From Peribolospora baueri (lineage: Eukaryota), in assembly GCA_029717555.1 (NCBI GenBank), contig JAMDHS010000102.1, forward strand, positions 1 to 64,000: a stretch of 64,000 nucleotides of DNA. Direction: 5' to 3'. Both the position numbers and the translations under genes were made by a program. Positions within the stretch are counted from its first letter, which is position 1; each line of letters opens with the position of its first letter. The notes below the pieces were generated by a model. It was given only the letters and a program-made list of their open reading frames with translations, did no database searches and was not told the DNA's origin. Shown in pieces: positions 38,301 to 48,841 of the stretch.

Positions 38301-39149
38301 GGCAAGAAGGCAATAAGCGGGGTAAAAGGGAGGAACATGCAGGGGGTATGAATGAATGAATGACCCTTAGCGTACAACTCGGCACAGGGTCACGTGCAGA
38401 CATGGCCAGGGGGACCGCGTCCCTGGGACCTACGTACCTACCTATCTTGTTCTCTATACGAAACAATATTACGATCTGATCCTCCTATGAAACAGTGGAT
38501 TCTGCGCGGGGCGATCGGGAGTGACGACGAGAACAGAGAGTCACACGGCTGGCCCTTAGCTTAGCATCGCTCTACTCCCACTGTCGCCGCCTTGCTACAT
38601 AGTTGCCTCCATCCAAGCGAGCGCGACCCCAGCCCGTCGTCTGTCGAGCAAGAGATTCCCTATTTCCCTACGCCCGACCTACATACAACACACCGACTAC
38701 AATATGTACTGTAAGGGTATGGGCCATTATCGACTCGTTGAATAGGGGTCCGCAGCGTCGACCATACGACATACGCCATGTGCCATGCGCCGTGTGCAGC
38801 GCTGAGCATGTCCGCCCAGGTCAACGCTCGGCGGGGGACCGGGTCGACTCCCGACTCCGATCGTCACCGCCACTGCAACAACCACCAACCACAGACCAGC
38901 TCTTTTCCTCTTTCCATCTTGCCAATGCATAGTCGACTCAACAGTCATCTCGTTCGTATCCTCGACCCTCGGCCGCTTGGTCCAGCCATGACGAGCAACG
39001 CACAAGGGGAACAACCTCTTGCTGTGGCTAATAACGCCGTGGAGGGGCACATGCAGCGCACATCCTCATCTATGCTAACCAGGCCAAAAAAAAAAAACCG
39101 TCAGCTGGCCAACTTTACGTACCTGCCTCCATGTCGTAGACGGCGATGA

Positions 39150-41840
39150 TGTGCAGCGTATCGTTGAGAATGGAGATTCGATGGCACAGGTGAGCCAACG
39201 GAAATGCGCCGACCACTTCGGTTCGTAAGACGCGTCCATCATCGAATTCACTTCGCTCGTGCAACTCGTTCAAAAACATCCCAATCAAAAAAAGATTCTT
39301 TCTTCCCGCGGTCGTCGTCGCATGCAAAGTCGTCTCGGCTGCCTATAAGGTGGGCGGGCGATCGTCGTCCACGTAATGGAAATGATGAGCGCCATATTCG
39401 CTTACAACCCGTTCGCGCCGTGTTCGACCGGCATCAGTTATTTCGAGAGCAGTCGCAGCAAGATGCCCAGATGCTTGACCTTGGCAATAGCATCTCGCAG
39501 TTGGAGGGATGGATCGACGAAGCACAGCATCTGGCCATGACGATACCCCTCAAACGCGCCTTGAAACTCATGACGGAGAAGATGTTTGAATGTGCGAGGT
39601 TCATAAACGACTGGGAACAGTCCACCTCTAAATGTGAGGTTTTCGGGAAAGAACCAAGTATGCATAGCCTGCTGACGTCGGATGTTCGTATTTTGTATTG
39701 ATTCTGGTAGGGTCTTTCTTTCGCACCGCGTTGAGCCCTCAGGCCCGCAATAAGATTTCCGGACTGAATGCAGTTTTCGCAGAGATCGGAAACGATTTTC
39801 GCACAGCCGTCCACATAAACACCGAGGCTGGTGATACCAAGATGTCGCATCTTGGCCAGACGCGCCCTCTATTGGGTACGTTGTTCTGTCGCCCAGGGCT
39901 CTCTTGAAGACTGGCCCGTGCCTAGTTTTTGCAATACTTCTGTGCTGATCTCTTGCTTTCGAAATCTCGCCTCTATATCACAGGAATCATCGATAAACTC
40001 AATCGCTCACCCGAGGCCAACTACGACAGCAGCCGGACGTGCCTCAAGGAGACTCGGGTCGAAATCTTAGATCAGGTCCAGAAGTGGGTCAGGGATCGTG
40101 ATGGCAAGCAAATCTTTTGGATCACCGGCCTCGCTGGCTCCGGCAAATCAACGATCGCCAACACGGTTGCCAAGGCCATCGACGACGGCGACGACGACCA
40201 TATCCTCGGTGCCAACTTCTTTTCAATGGCAACGCCGTCGATCGCAGCAATGCGCAGCTAGTCTTCAGCACCATCGCTTTCCGACTGGCACACGGAGATA
40301 AGATGAGTCGATTGGCGAGCGGAATCGTGTCAGCCCTGGAGAAAAATCCGGAAACTGGTCGCGGACCTATCGCCACCCAGTTTGACAAGCTCCTGGCCAC
40401 GCCTCTTAGTGCCGTATCGTCTTCCGACCTCATGCCCGTCGTCGTCGTCGTCCTTGACGCATTGGACGAGTGCACGGGACTTCTTCGCGATTTCCTCGAC
40501 GTCCTAGAGGAGAGGGTTCCATCGGTCCCAAATGTCTTCAAGCTCTTTATCACCTGTCGACCCGAGGATGAAATCATGGCGGCCACCGTCCGTGCTTTGG
40601 GCCGTTCTGTCCATCATCACGTCCTCGACACGGGTGATTCGTTAACGAAACGTGACATCGACCTTTTCGTCAACAATCGGATGAACGATCTAAACAGGCG
40701 CTGGTTGCGAGGCATCGACTGGCCCGGTAAGGCTGACCAAGATGCCCTCGTCCAACGATCACATGGCCTTTCACGAGTTCCTTCGTCACTCCGATGGCCG
40801 TCGGCCCGAGGACAAACTCAAATTGTTACTCCAGGACGGGCCGGAAAGCTCTTCTGCCGAGGCAGCTCTCGATCGGTTGTATCGAACGGTTCTTCACCGG
40901 ATCGTCGACAACCAGACGCCTTTCCTGCTCTCGGCTTATCAGCAAATCGTGGGGGCGATCGTCACGCTTCGTCAATCCCTCAGCCAAGAGGCCATTGAAT
41001 ATCTTCTACGTTCGCGCACGTCGGACGAGTCTACGGCGCGTCTTGACTACCGGGCGGTCGTCTCTCTACTTGGATCTGTCTTGCATGTTCTTGATCACCG
41101 TATGACCAAGTTCATGTCATTCACCCTTCATTCATCAACTTCCTCACCCATGAGGCTCGCTGTCAAGACAAGAGGCTCTTTATCAAACACAACGGAGCAC
41201 AATCGAAGCCTCGTCATCTCTTGTCTTAAAGTCATTGATCTCCTTCGGCGCGATATCTGCGAGATTAGCGACCCCAGCATGAGCTATCTCGAAATCGAAG
41301 GATTCGACACGCGTTAAGGCTCACATACCGGCTCACCTTCTATACGCTTGCGTCTTCTGGGCAGAACATCTGTTGCAAGTGCCAGTAGAAGATCACGACG
41401 TGTTGTCAAGTCATTCTTCTTCGACCGTCTCTTCTGGATTGAGGCTACAAGCCTGCTCGACGCCATCAACTACCGCGTTCTAGGCTTAAGAGCTTTCGAC
41501 CAGTCGTTGCGTTCAGTGAAATTAGTATCGGACTGGATCAAGGTGAGCTACATCACGATGAGCCTCTCTCCTAATGACTACTATCATGCACTGACTTGGC
41601 TCGCGATCATCCAGAAGCACGGCGCATATGACGATGGCCTCCAAGAGCTCGTTTCAGATGCTGGCCACTTCATGAACGAGTACCGGGTCCCGATCTGTAC
41701 AAACGGCCTACACATATACATCTCCGCCCTCAGCTTCACACCGCAGGAAACGTTGCTTTATTGACATTTGCCCCACGATATGAGCAAAGCATCCTGGTAT
41801 TGCGTGGGGCACCATCTCGCTGGTCCACATCCTTTACGAC
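39150..41840 (+). pseudogene. NACHT NLR pseudogene (HET-E-like), paralog of the gene at 1-1947, truncated before the C-terminal repeat domain
   Basis: CLKETRVEILDQVQKW..IFWITGLAGSGKSTIANTVA (Walker A 40127-40153), VVVVLDALDEC (Walker B ~40440-40473), LFITCRPE, LHIYISALSFTP. Frameshifts near 40225, 40770 and 41100, and a stop at 41315-41317. Confidence 0.9.
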
Positions 41841-42130
41841 AGTGAGGGCGTCGAGGGGTTCGACGACTTCCTCGATGAGTTCGTGCGCTTCATGCTAGCC
41901 TCTGCCGCCGGTCGTGCCTTCTCCCTCGAGCTGAGCAACGACAGGACCGGCAGACTGGTGAGGGAGTTTGAGCTGCCCGAGCATCGCTCCAGCGCCCTTC
42001 TCCCTCACCAGTCTGCCGGGCCTGTCGTTGCTCAGCTCGAGGGAGAAGGCACGACCGGTGGCAGAGGCTAGCATGAAGCGCACGAACTCATCGAGGAAGT
42101 CGTCGAACCCCTCGACGCCCTCACTGTCGT
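41836..42130. repeat. Long near-perfect inverted repeat (hairpin): 131-bp arms, 33-nt loop
   Basis: 41836-41966 is the reverse complement of 42000-42130 with 2 mismatches by manual comparison. Confidence 0.97.
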
Positions 42131-42792
42131 TCGGTGTGTATCCGTAGGCCTGCAGTCTTCCTTCTCGGTAACCACAACGGCAGCCTTCAGAACGATCCCG
42201 ACGCCGAGAAATTATATTCAAGGTTTTAAGGGCCCGGCTCTATCACCGGAAATCTTCACGGATGATCCCGTAGGAGCTGACAAGGTACCTGTTTGCAATT
42301 TCTTCAGTTGATCGTCGACATGGCGGGACCTTACCTACTAATTCGTGCATAATTCGATTAGAGGAACAACCAGTCGCAAACGGAGTGGAGCGCGGACCCG
42401 CGCCCGTTTCCAGTGGCAAACGGACAATGCGATCTCAGGTAGACCTAAAGAGAGCGGAAAGAGCTGGTAGAGGCGTCTTCGAAGCCGATCGTTGTGGTGC
42501 GGACACAGGCAAAAGATGGCCTTCGCGGGTCAGTGCAGGAGGCGAAGGGGAAGAGCTCGAAGGGAGAGCTGACCAGTTCCTCCTGGAGGCGAGCTGCGGC
42601 GCCCGAAATGGCCCGACTTGTCACGACATCTTATCTTATCGGATGACGGTTTGCCGAACGAACCTTCAGTCGGGCTCAAATTTCAAATTCAAATGCGGCC
42701 GCTCATCTCGACTTCCTTCTCGCGAGCGAGCGTCGTCGTCGTCGTCGTCCGCTTCGCCCGTAGACAGGGCGCCCTCGTGCTTCTCGACGCCA

Positions 42793-44205
42793 ATGAGACC
42801 TCCTGTCACGCCGCATCTCTCTCTGTCCATTTCGGCCGCCAGACAGACTTGGTTCTCTCTTCGATATCTGCCCAGCCCCATCGCAGCCCAGACCCGCCGC
42901 ATGACCGTCGACGCGACCAGCGACGCTGGCCAGCTGACGCGAGATGCGCTTTCTGAAGCGAACGCCGTCCACTCGTACAAACCGTTTCGCCCCGTCAGTC
43001 AGGTCCCCTCGAGTGAAGCCGATGGGAACGAGTCTGGCAGTTCTCGTGAAGACGACTGGGTGGACCAGTTGGAGCTCGATACGGCCATCTCGATGACGAC
43101 GTCCATCCTTCCTCGAAAACTGAAGATATTGGTGCTGTACGGAAGCCTGCGCGAAAGGTGAGCGAGCGAGCGCAGCACAGCGTCGGACGGAGGGGCCAGC
43201 GACAGACCGTCGCGCCAAATCAGCGTGGACGTGGGCGATGAGCCTGGCGCACCTCTGTGGCGTGAGCAGAAGCGACGGCGGGGGTAGGAAAAGAAGTTCT
43301 GACAGGACGCTCCTCTTGCCCGGCCGTGCCTACGTCCTCCGCCATTGCAGGTCGTACTCTCGTCTCATGGCGTATGAGGCCAGCCGAATTCTGGACCGAA
43401 TGGGCGTCGACGTTCGCGTTTTCGACCCCGCCGGCCTGCCGGTGAAGGACGACGTGAACCACGGGCATCCGAAGGTGCAAGAGCTGCGCAGCCTCAGCGG
43501 ATGGTCAGACGGGCACTTTTGGTGCAGTCCAGAGCAGCACGGCAACTTGACCGCCGTCTTCAAGAACCAAAGTGAGCCGCGAGGTCCCTTCTTTCCGCTC
43601 TGCGGGTCTTGCTCGAGAAGCGCGTTCGGAACTGCGCTCACGGTCCTCCTCGTTCATCGACGTCAGTCGACTGGATCCCTCTGTCGACCGGTTCAGTCCG
43701 CCCAACCCAAGGGCGCACCCTCGGTATCGCTCAAGTCAACGGCGGCTCGCAATCGTTCAACACCGTCAACTCACTCCGGATCCTCGGACGATGGATGCGC
43801 ATGTTCACGATCCCCAATCAGGTGGGCCGCGGCGGGCCCTCTGGAGGCCATCGGACGAACTGTCCGTCCAGCGTCCGCGTTCAGGTCCGCCAGTACGCTC
43901 GCCTCAACGTCTCTCGCGCTGACGGCGCCTTCTGTCCATCCATCTTTTTTCTTCCCCAGTCATCGCTACCCAAGGCCTGGACGCAGTTCACCCCGGAAGG
44001 ACGGCTGATGCCGAGCGACAACAGGGATAGGTTGGTGGATGTGTGCGAGGAGCTGGTCAAAGTCACCATCCTCTTGCTCCCGCACGTCCAGCTCTTAGGG
44101 GACCGATTCAGCGAGCGCAGCGAAAAGCACCTTCATGGTCGGCTGCGTTCTCAAGCGGAGAAGGAGGCGGCGCGCCCCGGCAAGGACGGAGGGAAGTCTG
44201 GATGA
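42793..44205 (+). CDS. arsH: ArsH, NADPH-dependent FMN reductase / organoarsenical oxidase; 3 introns
   Basis: [49 protein letters not shown]|x[53 protein letters not shown]. Confidence 0.95.
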
Positions 44206-44284
44206 CGTAGAAGACCGCTGTTAGATTAGACTGTCAATCGTAGATCCAGATCCCGACGAACTCGCCTGACGGAACATCTCCCGG

Positions 44285-44635
44285 CCTCCTACTACTGCTC
44301 CCTGGGAGGAAGGCTTACGACGGTGGTCCGCTCGTCGCGTTCGGTGAGTGAACGAATTCGTCGCCGGTCATGATCAGTCGGCGACGGTATCAACGAGAGC
44401 ACTCACGCAAGCCGACATCAGCGTCGCCCTCGCAGCCAGCTCCGCGGCCGCCTGCTCGTCCGCCGACTTTGTCCTCATATCGCGCTAGGCGCCGTTGGTC
44501 AGCTTGCCCACTCTGTTTCGCCTCTCTCGCGCGACGCAGAACAAGGTCCTGTCCAACTTTGTCGGGGCCGTCGTCTTCAACGCCATTTGCGTCCCTCTCA
44601 CCGCTGGCGTCGGCTTCGAGGATGGAGTCAAGCAT
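44285..44635 (+). pseudogene. Eroded C-terminal fragment of a P1B heavy-metal-transporting ATPase
   Basis: LLP..KAY..PLVAF|VGDGIN (44377-44394), then a frameshift, then ALTQADISVALAASSAAACSSADFVLISR* (in-frame stop) ..LFRLSRATQNKVLSNFVGAVVFNAICVPLTAGVG. This is the hinge and following transmembrane motif of Cu/Cd ATPases. Confidence 0.8.
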
Positions 44636-45885
44636 GTTCTCGCCCGGGAGGAAGGCGACCCGAGCGGCGACCAACGTTCTGGAGGCGTTGACGGTGCCCA
44701 CGTAAACCATCTCCCCGACCTTTTTTTTTCCCACAAGCTTGGACTCTCCCGTAAGCGAAGATTCGTCGAACTCGCCAACGGGCCCGTCCCTCGCTCGTCC
44801 GCTCGCGTCGTCCAAGGCCCGGACGGAGTCCTCGGGGCTTGACGCGAGCACAGAGTCGAGAGGAGGGGGACGCTCCAGGCGGGATGAGGACGTGGTCTGC
44901 GATGTATAAGAGATCGATGGAGACCTCCTCGCCGCGACCGTCTCTGCCGAGAACAATGCCCGTCCGCGGGCGCAAGTCGCCGAGCTTCATAGGGCGGACG
45001 CGCGGCGCGAAGCACAGAGCAAGCGCAAACGGTCGCACGGCCGCGGGCAAACCGTCGGAACCTACCATTTCGCCGGCGTACGTCTGCCGCCCATCGTCGA
45101 ATGACGCATTTGTGGGAAGTGAACGAGATCGCGCGGCGACTCGAGAGTCGCTTTACACTATACGAGGCCAAGTGTGCGGAGACTGGGCGTCTCTAATACA
45201 CCACAGGCTTGCAGTTCGTCGAGGTGGCCGTCTCGAGAAAGCCGTCGGAGGTGGCGCGCGTCCTTTTATTTTAATTTATTTTTTTCTCCTCCCCCGCAAC
45301 GGCGGGCTCACCGCCGCCGTGCCGTTTCTAGGCCGCCAACGCCTGCGCGCGCGTTCGTTCGACTGGCGTGGTCGAACGAGTCCAATTTTCTCCAAAAATG
45401 TGCGTGGCAACCCGGTGCCGGCCATCCGACTCGAGCAATGTCGGTCGGTCTGCGAGGCCGACCGACCAACGAAGCCGTGGGAGACCGCCTTTTTCTTCTC
45501 GAGAGCGACGACGAGCGCGAGCGGTTCAAGGGGGACGGAGGAAGAGCCAAAAAACTCGTCGTGACATCGCCGCCGCCATCGCCGTCGACCGTATCCGTAT
45601 CCGTATTCGCCCGGTCCCAATCCCCGTCCCGATCCACGACGACGCAGACAGACAGACGGAGGTCAACGGCGTCGCGCCCAAAGCTTTACTTAACACGAAC
45701 TGGTATTCCCGGCGCCCAAGACAAGGCAAGGCGTGGCGTGGCGTGGCGACCCGACCTTGGCCGTGGACGCCCCTTTCTTCCCCAGCAGACAGAGCGGCAG
45801 CGTGACTGAATCTACACAAGTGGAGGTGATCTCGAGATGGACAGATGAAGAGAAACGAAAAGAGGGAGGAAGAGCTAAAACGAGC

Positions 45886-47597
45886 TCAGGACTCCATTCT
45901 TCGCGGGGACGAAAAAAAAGGGAAACAAAAGTTTAGCCGGGTGGCAACTCGTCAGTCAGCGACACCACTCGTACTCACTCGTTCACACACTCCCAACCGC
46001 CCTTCAAGTTCTCCTTCCAAAGCGTGATCTTTCCGTCGCCGCAGCTGACAGCAAGGATATTACCGCTGACGCTCCAGCTAACCCTCCACACGACGTCTGC
46101 AAATCGGTTGCTCGCGTCTGGTCCAGCGGCCGCCGCGGAAGGATCAGCGACGGCGGCGGCGGCGGGGTTGGGAACGAGATAAGTCTTGTTCCAAGCGCTG
46201 GAGAGCGTGTCTTGAGTCCAGATGATCACCGTCTTGTCCTGACTGGCCGAGGCGAGGTAGGAGCGCGGGAGACCAATGTTGGGAGCAAAGGCCACGTCGC
46301 GAACCCAGTCCGTGTGGCCTTCCAGCTTGTCTACTTCTTGCCATGCTTTCGTTTCGTCACTGCGGGCGGGCGTCGGGAAGAAGAGATGGGATGGGATGGG
46401 AGGATCGGAGGAGAAAGACGATGGAAAAAGGACTCACCTAAACTCCCAGATACGGACGAGGTTATCGCAACCGGCGCTGGCGAATCGTTTGACGACCGCG
46501 ATCGACGCCTCATCGCCGGTCTGCAAGGTCTGGCCGGCCGGAGGGGCGCCACCGCCGACGCCGGTGCCTGGTGCGCCGGCGGCAGAGATGAGCGATCCTG
46601 GCACTGCGGCTGGGGCCCACGAGACGGCATTGGTGCCGATGGGGTGGGCGTTGAAGAGAGAAGCGTCCCACGTTCCGTCGTCTGGGTTGGATAGGGAGGG
46701 AGAGGGTGAGAAAAGAAGGGATACGGGAAAGCAAAAACCGACGCGACAAGCGGGTTTGGGTCATGGCGTGAAAAGAGAGAAAAAAAATCCGGACTGACCG
46801 TTAAACGTCAAGACGGACACCTTTCCGTCCGAGCTGGCGCAGGCAAGGATGGGGCCGAGCTCGTGGGGAGCCCATGCGATAGAGTTGACGGAAGCAGTAT
46901 GCAATCCGTGCTCCTTAATCCTCGTCCAAGTGCCGGACTCTCCACCGCCGGCGCTATAACTGCCATAAGCCTGGGAGGCAGCGCCACCGGAGCCGGAGCC
47001 GAGGGCGGCCGAGTCGTCTTTCCAGATGAAGACGCGGCCGTCATAGGAGCAGGAGGCGAGGATGGGTCCAAACTTGGGATGGGCCCATGCTACCTGCCAT
47101 ACTGGACCGTCGTGGCTGAAAGCGGGGCGAGTGTGGCGGTGAGAAGGGAAGCGAGAAAGGAGGGAGAAAGAGTGAGCAGCGGTGACTCACCCCTTGAGCG
47201 TGATCCCACCGCCGCTGGCGCCGGTCCTCTGGGGCTCTCCATCGACGACGTCAAAGATCTTGACGGTGCGATCGGAGGAGCAAGTGGCGAGGCGCTTGCC
47301 ATAGTGGTCGAGTTGGGCGTCATGCTGGTGGGAAGCGGCGGCAAAAGGGTGAGATGGGGGACGAGTAGGTGGAAGGAGGAGCTCGTGTGCGGTTGGGCGG
47401 ACTCACGATCATGTCCTCATGAAGCGTCTCGATGGCCCGCGCATTGTCCGACTTTGCGCCGGCGGAGGCGCCGCCGCCGGGGACAGGCACCGCTGGGGGT
47501 GCGACGGAGACCTGGAGGGGAGAGGAGAGAAGAGGGAGGGAGATGGCTGAGGGCGTGGGTGCGGCGTGCGGGTGCCTGCGATAGGCGGACTCACCAT
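45886..47597 (-). CDS. SEC13: COPII coat / nucleoporin Sec13 (WD40); multi-exon, first coding exon is the ATG alone
   Basis: [104 protein letters not shown]. Confidence 0.96.
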
Positions 47598-48841
47598 CTG
47601 GTGTGATGTGATGTGATCTGGATCTGGCTTGTCTCCTTGCTTTGCAACGGAGAGGAAGCGAGGAGAAAGAAGAAAAAAGAAAGGCGGGAAGAGGGAAGAG
47701 GGAGGAGGAGGAGAGGCTGTGCGAGGCGAATGGAGTGGAGTGAGGAGGAAGGGGAGAGGAGCGACGAAGGATAAGACGACCGGCGATCGGATCGACGACC
47801 GACTTGGGTACGCAGGAAGCGCGAAACGCGAAGGTGTGAGTGCCGGCGTGAGCGTGACATGGCACGGACCGCAGCCCCGTCTCACGCGCGCCGCAGAAGG
47901 TCCCGTGCGTGCTGCGGCAAGAGAATATAGTAGTAGCGCGTCGTTCCCTCTGTTTTTGTCTCGGTGAATGGGAATGGGGAGGTTATGGCGTCGGAATTCC
48001 CCGAAGCGTCTGAGCGGCGGTCGACGGTTGCTTCTGTTCTGTTCTGTTTTCTTCTCTTCCTTTCCCATCGCCTCCCCACCGTCGATCTGAGATCTTCTCC
48101 TCCTTCTTCTCCTTCTTTCTTTGTTTGCAATGCCAGACAGAGGCAAGCGTAGCGTCTGCCGAACATGCGTCTTCGTCTGCGCCGGCGTTGCCATCGTCGC
48201 GTTATCGGCGGTCTCCTTGCCGTCGAACTCACGCCTGCCAGAAGCTTAATCTAATCGGCCGACGCAACGCGGCGCTGTCTCGTTTTCATTTCTCTTTTCT
48301 CTTCTTTCTTCACCGTCTATCACTAACCTCGCCTTTCCGTGTCCGTCGTCGACGCATTGACCACTCACTTCCTCTTCACTCCTTTCTTTAAGCCGCCGGA
48401 GAGCCAGCGCAGCCAGCGCAGCCAGCGCAGTCGGCGTCGTCCAAGACCGTCTCTCGTCTCTCGGTCGGCTCGCTGGGATATGCGCGTCTCCATCTCCGTC
48501 TCCGCCTCGCTCGTCCGGCCACGACGTTCATGCGTTCTCCCAAGGAGAAAGGGGGCACCGGGGGTGGGAAAGCGAGGGTGAGGAAGAAGAAGGGAAGAAC
48601 GACGACCGAACGCTGTTTGTTGTTGTCTGTTGTCTGTTTTCTGTTTTCTGTTTTCTCTTGTCCCCCTGGCCGCCCTCGTTTGTTTTCCCCTCCATCGCCA
48701 ACTCGAGTCTGCTCCCAATACAAGAAGAAGCAACCGCCGGGCTCGATTCTCCCTCCCATCACCGTCACTACCGCCGTCACCATCATCATCACCATCGCCG
48801 TCACCCGCCGTCTTCTCTTACCCATCCACTCCCAATACCTC

